Shown here one piece after another: positions 35,209 to 47,149 of a stretch of DNA of 64,000 bases. Under the pieces are notes generated by a model. It made no database searches and was not told the DNA's origin. It saw only the letters and a list, made by a program, of their open reading frames with translations. The stretch covers positions 3,722,001-3,786,000 of the forward strand of contig CM075995.1 of assembly GCA_038087875.1 (NCBI GenBank), written 5' to 3'. The stretch comes from Malacoraja senta. Lineage: Eukaryota. A program made the translations under genes and the position numbers. Every line of letters begins with the position of its first letter. The stretch's first letter is position 1.

Positions 35209-38200
35209 CTATTCAGGAGCTAAACTCCACTGGCGCGACAAGGCGTCAGCCAAGACATTATCCTTGCCGCGGATATGCCTGACCTCCAGGTTGTAGTCTT
35301 GCAGCTGCAAACTCCAGCTCATTAACCGCCGGTTCTTATTCTTCATATTATGCAAAAATACCAACGGATTATGATCCGTGAGTACGATGACAGGGACATT
35401 CGAGGAGCCAACATAAACCTCGAAATGACTCAGAGACATCAACATAGCAAGGGCCTCTTTCTCAATGGTGGAGTACCACTTCTGATGTCGATTAAACCTC
35501 TTAGAGAAGTACGAAACTGGATGCTCCACCCCATCTGAATCATCCTGTAGAAGAACTCCCCCAACCCCACGATCACTAGCATCCACTGCCAGCTTAAATG
35601 GAAGCTCAAAATCAGGTGCCGCAAGCACAGGTGCGCGCACCAGAAGACTTTTAGTATGATCAAAGGCTTGTTGACACTCTGCGGACCACACAAAAGCTAC
35701 CTTCGGACTCAGCAAATCCGTCAAAGGGGCAGCCACCGCAGAGAAGTTTGGACAGAATCCCTTATAGTACCCAACCATAGCCAGATACCTACGGAGTTCA
35801 GTCCTCGAGGTTGGAGCAGGAAATGCGACAATATGCTCCACCTTTTCCTTGAGAGTGCGAACCTGACCCCGGCCCACCACCTTACCCAGATACGTTACCG
35901 TGGCCTGGCCAAACTCACACTTCCCCAGATTGATAGTTATCTTTGCCTCCGCTAGACGATGGATTACCTCCTTCAGCTGACCGAAGTGTTCGATCCACGA
36001 CCTGGAGCACACAACCAAATCATCAAGGTATGCCTCACAGAAGGTCAAACCAGACAATACAATGTTCACCAACCGTTGGAAGGTTGCCGGCGCATTGCGC
36101 ATTCCAAATGCCATCACCGTATACTGCAGAAAGTTATCAGGCATAACGAACGCAGAGATCTCCCTCGCACGCCCAGTCAAGGGAACTTGCCAATACCCTT
36201 TCAACAAGTCCAATTTGGACACAAACAATGCACTTCCCACACGATCCACGCAATCGTCCATTCGTGGGAGAGGATAGCAATCCGGCTTAGTTACCGCATT
36301 GACTTTCCGAAAGTCCGTGCAAAACCTGTCCTCCCCATTAGCCTTCATAGCCAGTAGACACGGAGAACTCCATGGACTACAACTAGGTTCAGCAATGCCA
36401 TGCCGCAGCATATAGTCAACCTGTTTCCCTAGACGATGACGCTTGTCAGGGTTGACCCGATACGGATGCTGTTTAATTGGCGCAGCACCGGCCACGTCAA
36501 TGTCATGCTGCAACACAGACGTCTGAGAAGGCACATCCGAGAACAGTGACCCATTTGACTTCACCAAAGCAAGCAGATCACCCCGCTGACTTTCAGTCAA
36601 ATGCGACAACCGCAAGTGAAGCGACTCCAAAGCCTCAGAGTTACACAGCCTTCCCTGCGTCACTGCCACAGACAACCGTGTCTCACCCACATCACCACCC
36701 GTGTCAGGGGGCAGCACCACTGCAGCCAAAACATGCTTAGACAAAACCGAAGGACACAGCACCTCCCCATCAACCTCCACAGGCTCCTGCTCATGGTACT
36801 GCTTCATCATGTTGACATGACAGAGCTGAGTCTTACGCCTTCGATCAAGGGTACCAATAACATAATCCCTTTCACCAACCTTCTTAACCACCTGATAGGG
36901 ACCGCTATACCGAGCCTGGAGATTGGAACCAGGAATAGGCAACAACACCAGGACTTTGTCACCTGGAGAAAAATACCTACTAGAAGCCTTCCTGTCGAAC
37001 CACTTCATTACCTGACCAAAAACCTTCGACATGAAGCTGGAACCTTGGTCACTCTGCACCACCTTGGGCAAACCGAACAACGAAAAAAACTTAGTGAGAA
37101 ACGTCACAATGGTAGGGGCAGTAATTCTACACAAAGGGACCACCTCCGGAAAGCGGGTAGACGCACACATAATTGTCAATAAAAACTTGTTGCCCACCCT
37201 TGTCCGAGATAGAGGACCCACATAATCAAGTAGAATCCGCCCAAACGGCTCACTGACCACAGGGATTGGATATAAAGGCGCAGGAACAATCGATTGGTTC
37301 GGCTTTCCTGCCACCTGGCAAATGTGACAACACCTGCACTGCTGTTTCACGTCCTTCTCCAACCCTGGCCAAAAGAAATTCCGTAAGATACGGTGATACG
37401 TCTTATTGACACCCAAATGTCCACCCAGAGGACCATTATGAGCCAAACAGTGTATCTCATCCCTATACCGACGAGGTATCACAATCTGATCAACCACGCT
37501 CCAATCATCATGCCTAGATATATCCAAGGGAGACCACTTTCGCATCAGTAAGCCGTCCCTTAGAAAAAAAACCTTTGCTGTGGGATCCATATCCCCCTCA
37601 GGCACCGCGCGGTCGACCAGCTCAGACAAACTTGGATCACTCTTTTGCTCCTCAACCAGCCGGTCACGTGACAGCGACACCGGCCCACTTTCAGTCACTA
37701 TCCCCTCTTGAGATGTAGAAACACCCTTCAACACACAGGATCCCTCATCCAGATCCCCAAAAATGCTCTCACTTAGGTCCACTACATCCTCAAACTTCGC
37801 CTGGCTCTCAGCCATAGCCCTCGTGACAGCACAAGCTGCGAAGACCGTCGGATGCTGCATAGCCAACCCATCAGGACTCTGCACCATCGGAACAGCCGTT
37901 AGCTCAGGAGTAACCAAAACGCCATCTCCTGCCAAGTCATTCCCCAAAATTACTGAAACTCCCGCAACGGGAAAACACGGCCGTAACCCAACAGTTACCC
38001 GGCCTGAAACCAACTCGGACTCGAGACTCACGGTATGCAAAGGTACTACCATGTCATCCATCCCGAATCCTACCACAGGGACACTTGACCCAACCAATGA
38101 TTCCGCAGAAAACGGCAGTACACTCTCCAATATAAAGGACTGAGTAGCACCAGCATCTCGCAAGATGGATACTGGAACTCTATTGCCCCCATCCTCCAGA

Positions 38201-38670
38201 GAAACAAAATCATTCATGATGAACGCAGAATCATCCCTACACTTATCAGACTCAGGCACCTCAGGTACCACAGGTGCCTTCTGTGTACCCACCAAAGCCA
38301 CAGTCTTTTCCTTTTTCTGCTTCAGAACGGGACATGCCCTTAACATGTGCCCTCTCTCTCTACAATAGTAGCACACAGGACCTTCGCTAGTCCTCAAATT
38401 TCCATCCAGCCTATGAGCTCGGACCTCCCCCTGTATCAACGTGCTGCCACTTGCAGGCACAGATACACCTTTGACACTGCCACCGGCGACACCACCACGA
38501 TCAACCGGCCGTGCACCAAAACTATAGGAGCGCCCAACAAAATCAGTTTTATGAGTCCATACATACTCATCTGACAACACCGCGGCTCCAGACACCTCAT
38601 TCACTTTCTGCTCATTAAGGTAAGCAGTAACCCTCTCAGGGAGATCATTCCCAAAGTCTTCCATAATCAT
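35209..38670 (-). pseudogene. Gmr1-type gag-pol remnant: zinc knuckle, protease, integrase (core partly deleted), RT, RNase H; 1153 open codons
   Basis: CYYCRERGHMLRAC; ILRDAGATQS; H-H-C-C plus LDYVGPL, SDQGSSF and SGPY; EAYLDDLVV; LAVDASDRGVG, TDHNPL and LADALSR. Confidence 0.9.
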
Positions 38671-38758
38671 ATCTAATTATTTCTCCCGCAGCCTAATCTG
38701 TGCCCTCTTGGTTTCCTCCTCAAGCTCAAGCTGTTTCATTTCAAGAACATGCATGAGC

Positions 38759-39145
38759 TCATCCTTTTTCATTGCTCTTTTTGTCTGCTCTTTTTGTCTC
38801 CTCCTCTGCTCTTTTTGTCTCCTCCTCTGCTCTTTTTGTCTCCTCCTCTTCTCTTTTGGTCACCAATGCCAGCTCTAACTCCTTCAACCTAATAACTGCC
38901 TCCATGTCCTGACCAGGCTGAACAGAAGTTGTGGGACTGTCTGCACAGCCAGGCAAAACCCCACGGTCCACCAATGCAGCCCACAACACCTTTTTAATAA
39001 CCTGTTTCTTTGCATGTGGGTCAATAGGCACTTCATAGTTCTCTGCCAGAAAAATCAAATGCTCCTTCGTACCTCGATCAAACAACTCCCGACTAGGAGC
39101 TTCAATAAAGTCCTTCCATTTAGACTCCATATCAAATGTAGCCAA
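38759..39145 (-). pseudogene. Gmr1 gag N-terminus with coiled-coil repeats (EEETKRA)
   Basis: It lies directly downstream of the PBS and is out of frame with the long ORF. Confidence 0.7.
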
Positions 39146-39278
39146 AGCACCAGCTAAACCCTAGGCACCAATGCTACCACAAACAGGGAAGAAAAATTTC
39201 CCTCACAACACACAGAGACTTCCTCAGTCCAGAAGCCTACCAAAAAAACACAAAAACTTCTAGGGTCCTCAAAACTTA

Positions 39279-39291
39279 GGACGAGCCCCCA
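39279..39291 (-). promoter_or_regulatory. Primer binding site complementary to the tRNA-Pro 3' end
   Basis: TGGGGGCTCGTCC lies 3 nt after the 5' LTR. Confidence 0.85.
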
Positions 39292-39294
39292 TTT

Positions 39295-39840
39295 TGTTAC
39301 GACTCCCGAAAGCAGGTACTTCAGAGTCGCGTAACATAAGTCAAAAACCAGGTTTAACTTCAAAAATAGTTTTTAATTTCTCAATAACACACCCAAAAAC
39401 CCAAACCTGATTCAAACAACCCAGACAAGGATATGAATGGATTAACAAACAACTTAAAAGTGCTCAGGCCAGCCACGCGATGGACCGTCGAACCTGAGGC
39501 TCTAAACCCGCCTAAAAGAAAGCTATCCCTGAAATAAAATACCGATAACTTCTACGGACAGCCCAATTCAATATTTGGTACTATGTAATGTTGCAATTAC
39601 ACGAAGCTCTATGCCATGTGGCCAGGCCTTTCCACAGCTCACACCAGCATGGCCTCACGAGGCAGGGTCATCGGAGAGAGAACGAGAATTCTGGGTACTC
39701 TGCTATTTATACTTCAGATGAGTCACCCGTCACCTGACGCAGCTTGGCCAATCGGGTACAGGAGCCTTTTAGCCTGCACTCGGGAAAGAAACAGAGAAAG
39801 GTTAATACATAACATTGACCAGGAGGGGGAGCGCATAACA
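39295..39840 (-). repeat. 5' LTR (546 bp)
   Basis: About 13 substitutions and 2 indels versus the other LTR by hand count. TATAAAT is present on the minus strand. Confidence 0.95.
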
Positions 39841-41631
39841 CCAGGTGCTCCGGTTTCCTCCCACATTCCAAAGACGAGTGGCTTAGTAAATTAATTGGCT
39901 GCTGCAAATTGTCCCCAGGGTCTGGGATAGAACTAATGTATGGGCGATCATTGGTCGGTGTGGACTCAGTGGGCCTAAAACTAAAACTAAAACTAAAACT
40001 TATATTCAATGCCCCTAGCAATGATGGCAAGCATATCATATGCCTTCTTTACCATCCTATCCACTTGTGCTGCCACCTTTAGTGAGCTATGAACTTGGAC
40101 ACCAAGATTCCTCTGGATGCTCCGGTTTCCTCCCACAGTCTGAATAAGGGTTCCGACCCGAAACGTTACCTGTTTCTCCAGAGATGCTGCCTGGCATGCT
40201 GAGTTATTCCATCACTTTGTGTCTATCCCAAAGATGTGTTAGTTTATAGTTTAATACACTTCTGTAAATTTGCTCTTAATATGGGGGGAGTGGATGAGAA
40301 CGTAAGACAACACAGGGTCAGCGTGAGCAGGTTATCGCTGGTCAGCATGGACCCGGTGGGCTGATGGGACTGTTTCCATGCTGTTTATCGAAACTAAATA
40401 CTGAGGCAAAACCGAACCGCAGGTGAATCTTGCACTTTGACCCGTTGGCATACGCTTCATGCCAAAAATATCCCAGCTATGGGGAGAGAATGAGCAAGCT
40501 AGGACTCTATTCCTTGGAGCACAGGAGGATGAGATCGCATTAGAGCTATATTGCCATGGGATTCACCCTCCCCCCCTCTGTCGGAACGACCTGACCTCTC
40601 AAACATCTTTAGTAGTTTATTTAGAAGGCTTTTGAAATTGTTCCTACGATGTTGTCAAGCTGGAAAGGGTGCAGAGAAGATTTACAAGGATGTTGTTAGG
40701 ACTTGAGGGCCTGAGCTATGGGGAGAGGTTGAGCAGGCGAGGACTCTATTCCTTGGAGCGCAGGAGTATGAGGGATGATCTTATAGAGGTGTACAAAATC
40801 ATGAGAGGAATAGATCGGGTAGACGCACAGAGTCTCTTCCCAGAATACGGGATTCAAGAACCAGAGGACATAGGTTTAAGGTGAGAGGGGAAAGATTTAA
40901 TATGAACCCAGGGTGCAACATTTTCACATGGATTTATGGAACGAGTTGCCAGAGGAGATAGTTGAGGCAGGTAGTATTGCAACGTTTAAGAAACATTTGG
41001 ATGGGTTCATGGATAGACAATAGACAATAGACAATAGGTGCAGCAGTAGGCCATTTGGCCCTTCGAGCCAGCACCGACATTCAATATGATCATGGCTGAT
41101 CATCCACAATCAGTTACCCATTCCTGCCTTCTCACCATATTCCCTGACTCCGCTATCTTTAAGAGCTCTATATAACTCTTTCTTGAAAGCATCCAGAGAA
41201 TTGGCCTCCACTGCCTTCTGAGGCAGAGAATTCTACAGATTCACAACTCTCTGGGTGAAAACGTTTTTTCCTCATCTCCGTTCTAAATGGCCTACCCCTT
41301 ATTCTTAAACTGTGGCCCATGGTTCTGGACTCCCCCAACATTGAGAACATGTTTCCTGTCTCTAGCATGTTCAAATCCTTAATATTCTTATATGTTTCAA
41401 TAAGATATCCTCTCATCCTAAATTCCAGAGTATACAAGCCCAGCTGCTCTATTCTATCAACAAATGACAGTCCCGCCATCCTGGGAATTAACCTTGTGAA
41501 CCTATGCTGCACTCCCACAATAGCAAGAATGTCCTTCCTCAAATGTGGAGACCAAAACTGCACACAATACTCCAGGTGTGGTCTCACTAGGGCCCTGAAC
41601 AACTGCAGAAGGACTTCTTTGCTCCTATACT

Positions 41632-41685
41632 GGGGTGGGAGATTGCAACCTTCACGTGGTCCACCCTGTTTCGACGAAAGCAATC
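41632..41685 (+). ncRNA. Minimal (essentially P4-less) HDV-like self-cleaving ribozyme, 54 nt
   Basis: P1 GGGGTGG/CCACCCT (G1-U wobble), P2 GATTGCA/AGCAATC (6 bp plus A-A), P3 ACC/GGT, L3 TTCACGT, P1.1 C41653-G41668, TTCG loop in place of P4, catalytic C41675 followed by GAA. Confidence 0.8.
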
Positions 41686-41770
41686 AACCTGGCGTGCACA
41701 AACAGAAGATCAAACAGAACAAGTTGTCTTACAACATTAGCCTGTGCATGCCATATGCAAGAAGAAGAAG
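41632..41770 (+). mobile_element. ~139-bp non-autonomous retroelement: HDV-like ribozyme head plus Vingi-like (GAA)n tail
   Basis: The TSD CTCCTATACT (41622-41631, 41771-41780) interrupts the CR1 coding sequence. The element ends CCATATGCAAGAAGAAGAAG and has no tRNA A/B boxes. Confidence 0.85.
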
Positions 41771-44439
41771 CTCCTATACTCAACTCCTCTTTTTTTGAAG
41801 GCCAACATTCCATTAGCTTTCTTCACTGCTTGCTGTACCTGCATACTTACTTTCAGTGACTGATGAACAAGGACAACCAGATCTCATTGTACTTCCACTT
41901 TTCCCAACTTGACACCATTCAGATAATAATCTGCCTTTCTGTTTTTGCCACCAAAGTGGATAACCTCACATTTATCCACATTAAACTGCATCTGCCATGC
42001 TTCTGCCCACCCGTCCAACCTGTCCAAGTCACCCTGCATCCTCATAGCATCCTCCTCTGTTCACACTGCCACCCAGCTTTGTGTCATCTGAAAATTTGCT
42101 AGTTACTTTAAATCCCTTCATCTAAATCATTAATGTATATTGTAAATAGTTGCGGTCCCAGCAATAAGCCTTGCGGTATCCCACTAGTCACTGCCTGCCA
42201 TTCTGAAAGGGACTCGTTAATCCTTACTCTTTGTTTCCTGTCTGCCAAACAATTTACTATCCATGTCAGTACCCTACACCCAATACCATGTGCTGTAATT
42301 TTGCCCACTAATCTCCTATGTGGTACTTTATCAAATACTTTCTGAGAGTCCAGGTACACTACATTCACTGGCTCTCCCTTGTCCATTTTTCTAGTTACAT
42401 CCTCAAAAAATTCCAGAAGATTAGTCAAGCATGATTTCCTCTTCGTAAATCCATGCTGACTCGGACCGATCCTGTTACTGCTATCCAAATGTGCTGCTAT
42501 TTCATTTTTTATAATTGAATCCCGCATCTTCCCCACCACCGAAGTCAGGCTAACTGGTCTATAATTCCCTTTCTCTCTCCCGCCTTTCTTAAAAAGTGGG
42601 ATAACATTAGCTACCCTCCAATCCACAGGAACTGATCCTGAATCTATAGAACATTGGAAAATGATCACCGATGCATCCACGACTTCTATAGCCACGTCCT
42701 TAACTACCCTGGGATGCAGACCATCAGGCCTGGGGATTTATCAGCCTTCAGTGCCATCAGTCTACCCAACACCATTTCCTGCCTAATGTGAATTTCCCTC
42801 AGTTCCTCCATCACCCTAGGTCCTCTGGCCACTGGTACATCAGGAAGATTGTTTGTGTTTTCCTCAGTGAAGACGGATCCAAAGTACCTGTTCAACTCGT
42901 CTGCCATTTCCTTGTTCCCCATAATAAATTCACCTGTTTCTGTCTTCAGGGGACCCACATTTGACTTAATAAATGTTCTCCTCTTCACATACCTAAAGAA
43001 GCTTTTACTATCCTCCTTTATATTCTTGGCTAGTGTACCTCATTTTTCACCTCGTATTGCCTTTTTAGTTATCTTCTGTTGCTCTTTAAAAGTTTCCCAA
43101 TCCTCTGGCTTCCTGCTCATCTTTGCTATGGTATACTTCTTCTCTTCTATTTTTATACTGTCCTTGACTTCCCTTGTCAACCACGGTCTCCTCTTACTCC
43201 CCTTCGAATATTTCTTCCTCTTTGTAATGAACTGATCCTGCACCTTCTGTATTATTCCCAGAAATACCTGCCATTGTTGTCCCCACTGTCATCCTTGCTA
43301 GAGTCTCTTTCCAGTACGAGCTGCTCTAAGAATCCATCTCAGAGGCACTCCACAAACTCCCTTTCTTGGGGTCCAGTACCAACCTGATTTTCCCAGTCTA
43401 CCTGCATGTTGAAATCTCTCATTACTACCATAGCATTACTTTTGCTACATGCCAATTTTAACTCTTGATTCAACTTGCACCCTATATCCAGGCTACTGTT
43501 TGGGGGCCTATAGATAACTCCCTTTAGCGTCTTTTTACCCTTGCAATTCCTCAGTTCTATCCATACTGACTCTACATCTCCTGATTCTATGTCACCCCTC
43601 TCAAGAGACTGAATTTCGTTCCTCTCCAACAGAGCTACCCCACCCCCTCTGCCCACCTGTTTGTCTTTTCGATAGGATGTATACCCTTGAATATTCAGTT
43701 CCCAGCCCTGGCCCTCATGCAGCCATGCCTCTGTAATTCCCACAACATCATACTTGCCAATTTCTAACTGAGCCTCAAGCTCACCCATTTTATTTCTTAT
43801 ACTTCGCGCATTCATATATACATAGGTCAGGTTTGGAGGGATATGGGCCAAATGCAAGTAGGTGGGACGTGTAGCTGGGAAATGTTGGCTGGCAGGGGCA
43901 AGTTGGGCCAACGGGTTTGTTTTCACACTCTATGATTTTATGATGAGGACTTGGAGGAGGGAGTTTTAAATCCTTACTTGAATCATTTTAAACACTATGA
44001 AATGATAAAAAATAGAGCCATATTTCACAGAAGCCATTTTTCTTTCATTGCTGCTTATTCATTCTGACATGTTGGCTATTGTAAGTGGTGGGGTGTAACA
44101 CTTGAGACAAAAGAGGCACAGTAGCCATGAATGGACACCTACTGTATATGGTCAAGGATATCCAGTATTTCATGCAAGGATTGACAATGCTGAAACAGCG
44201 GTGTTGGTAGTGCTTTCTAAAAGAACCTGATTTATTATTAAAGCTACATTAGTCCTACCTGGCTGCCCCGACCCTTCCTCGAAAACAGACATAAAATGCT
44301 GGGGTAACTCAGCGGGACAGGCAATATCTCTGGAGAGAAGGAAAAGGTGACATTTCGGTTCGAGACCCTTCTTCTCCTCCTCGTTTCTTCCTCTGATGGC
44401 CTCTGGTGGTAAGTGTAACCCATCGACAGTGAGGTATAA

Positions 44440-44937
44440 GATAGTCATAAAGTCACAGAGTCTTACGGAGTGGAAACAGGTGCTCAACTTGCCCACCCGG
44501 CCAACCTGTCCTATATCTACACTAGTCCCACCTACCTGCATTTGTCCCATATCCCTCTAAATCTCTCCTATCTATGTACCTGTTTAAAGGTTTCTTAAAC
44601 GTTGCAATAATACCTGCCTCAACCACCTCCTCTGGCAGCTTGTTCCATACACCTGCCACACTTTGTGTGAAAAAGTTACGTGGTTAAGTTGTCTCAACCC
44701 TACCCCTCATATTCTTATTAAATCTTACCCCCCTCGCCTTAAACCCATGCCCTCTGGTTCTCGATTCCCCAACTCTGGGCAAGAAACTCTGTGTCTACTC
44801 AATCTATTCCTCTCATGATGTTTTACGCCTCTATAAGATTATTCCTCATCCTCCTGTTCTCCAAGGAATAGAGTCCCAGCCTGCTCAACCTTTCCCCATA
44901 GTTCAGGCAGTCGAGTCCTGGCAACATCCTCGTAAAT
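44440..44937 (-). mobile_element. CR1 LINE 3' fragment
   Basis: Reverse complement of the CR1 subfamily at 40640-41016. Confidence 0.75.
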
Positions 44938-45650
44938 GATGAAAACAATTAGAAAGAGAACTTTCCATTTGCAATTATAAGATCGGACTTCCGAATCATT
45001 CAAAATGAATCACTTCTACTTTAGCCTGTTATTCAGGTTGTTCTGTTATCACACACACAGTGATTAAACTTTTATGCGATCTAATTAACAAAGGATGAGA
45101 TATACTGACATTATCAACATGGCTGAACTGTCCAGCCACACTGATTGTAAGAAAGTGGGCTTTCACTTCACATTAAAGCCCATCTTTCCAATCAATAGAG
45201 CAGTCAGGATTCAATTATCTGTCAGCTGATCAACCATTAATGTGCGATGGCCCACACGATACCAGGAAACTGAGAAGAATGAGATCGATCCACACCACAT
45301 AAACCTCAGTTCAAGTTCTTTAATTGGTTTAAGAGAGCATCATTCTTCGAATGCAGTAGCAGAAAGAAAAATGTTAGTGACTTTAATACCATGTAGTCCT
45401 TGAATTCTCATCCTCTTGTATATGTATATATAGATATATATATATGCTAGACTAAGTGGGATCCGTTGGGTCTCGTGTTCATACGGGATGGCTGGTCCCC
45501 CAATGCAATATTCCACCTCTCCACCAATTCCAATATTGGTGGCCAGTGGGGTGGGGGGGGGGGGGTTCTGGAGTGCTAGTATGGGTGTTGAGGGCCGAAA
45601 GAACTGGTTTCCAGAGGGCTAGTATGGACATTGTGGGCCAAATGGATTAT

Positions 45651-45911
45651 TGGGCTGGCAGTTCAGTCACTCAGGCCTGGTGGGCTGGCAGCTCAGTCAC
45701 TTAGGCTTGGTGAGCTGGCAGCTCAGTCACTCAGGGCTGGTGGGCTGGCAGCTCAGTCACTCAGGGCTGGTGGGCTGGCAGCTGAGTCACTCAGGGCTGG
45801 TGGGCTGGCAGCTCAGTCATTCAGGGCTGGTGGGCTGCCAGCTCAGTCAATCAGGGCTGGTGGGCTGGCAGATCAGTAACTCAGGGCAGGTGGGCTGGCA
45901 GTTCACTCACG
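45651..45911. repeat. 30-bp minisatellite, ~9 copies
   Basis: Unit GGGCTGGCAGCTCAGTCACTCAGGGCTGGT. Confidence 0.9.
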
Positions 45912-45921
45912 GCTATTCCTT

Positions 45922-46076
45922 GAAATAGCATTTCAAGCAAAGTGCAGGCCACCGCATTCAATTTCATAGCATTTCAAGCAGAGTGCAGGCCGCCGCATTC
46001 AATTTCATAGCATTTCAAGCAGAGTGCAGGCCACCGCATTCAATTTCATAGCATTTCAAGCAGAGTGCAGGCCACC
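45922..46076. repeat. 39-bp minisatellite, ~4 copies
   Basis: Unit ATAGCATTTCAAGCAGAGTGCAGGCCACCGCATTCAATTTC-like. A further partial unit lies at 55941-55970. Confidence 0.85.
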
Positions 46077-47015
46077 AAGAAGTCTGTCAGGCCCCTGGAC
46101 TCGGACGAGTCGGGCCAGGAGGATTCTCCTTCTTCAATGGGCAGCGTCTTTGGGCGACTGACCCTCATGGAGCACCTAATGGAGAGGTTGCTCCAAAGTG
46201 ATATGCTCCAAAGGAGGGAACTATCTGAGCCCGGGTATTCTAGGGAGCCAGCGGCAGCGGCACCTGTCTCAGGGCTGCACAATGTCTCCCTCTCTGAGGA
46301 GGGGAGCATACGAGGTCAGTTCTACACAGAGTTCGGAGGCACAGCTGGGGAGCATGCTTCTAGGCATGAAGGGCAAGATTCGGAAGTGCCCCCTATGGCA
46401 TCCAAATTTGCTATACCGTCACTAACAGGGGAACCGCTGGGAGAGGATTTAGCCATGAGCATTAAATACCTGGCCTGTCACCAGCTCCACGATCAGGCCA
46501 TGGAGGAAACCACCACCAAATACCATACCCCAGCAAACTGTGCCTCATTGAATGTCCCGGCAGTAAATCACTCCATCTGGGGTTACACTGGAGGGGGCGT
46601 CAGAGCCCAGGAGGTAAAATTACAAAAAATATTAAGATTACTCGCCTCAGGCATCACGGCCTTTGCCAGGTCGGTAGATGGGGGGCCCCTCTCAGATGTT
46701 CAGCAGGACGCCATGGGATTAATGTGCAATGCACATTTTGAGATAAATTGCCTTCGAAAGAATGCCATCCGTCCTGCTCTGAACCCCAAATTTCCAGCAT
46801 TGTGCAAAGCCGGGAACATCCAACCACCAAACCTCCTGTTCGGGGAAGATCTGCCAAAGCAGGTCAGGGAGCTGGATGATGAGGCTAAAGCGGTCGGGCT
46901 TATGAAGGTCCCAACATCTTCCAAGACTTCATCTTTCCGGCGGCAGTACGCCTATCCCCCTCTCAACACCAGACGGTTCGCCGGATATGGTGGGCAACAC
47001 AGAGGCCTTTTTTAG
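46065..47015 (+). pseudogene. DIRS gag-like ORF (N-terminus lost)
   Basis: It is homologous to 51900-52500 (PANCASLNVPAVN, AQEVKLQ, AIRPALNPKF, LLFGEDL) and precedes the RT. Confidence 0.75.
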
Positions 47016-47149
47016 GGCAAGGCCCAACCCGGGCCACGTTCAAGATGCGCGTATGGCGTCCTCCAACAGCCCTACCCCCCAGACCTCGGGGGGAGAAACA
47101 AACACCATCCCGCCGATAACCATTGAGGTAAGTGAGTCTGGTTGTTTGC

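Larger units (their letters stand above)
34599..39840 (-). mobile_element. Gmr1-type Gypsy LTR retrotransposon with internal deletions, inserted into a SINE
   Basis: Two TG...CA LTRs, 4-bp TSD CCAG (34595-34598, 39841-39844), PBS and PPT. Domain order is gag, PR, IN, RT, RH. The SINE halves are at 34474-34598 and from 39841. Confidence 0.95.
41013..43821 (-). mobile_element. CR1 LINE, ORF2 from endonuclease to 3' tail with deletions, nested in another CR1 (40640-41016 / 43822-43944)
   Basis: [48 protein letters not shown], and a (CTATTGT)n tail. Confidence 0.9.

Noticed and set aside
45651..46076. 30-bp and 39-bp periodic repeats as a CRISPR array
   Set aside because: The units are contiguous with no unique spacers, there are no cas genes, and the context is a eukaryotic Helitron.
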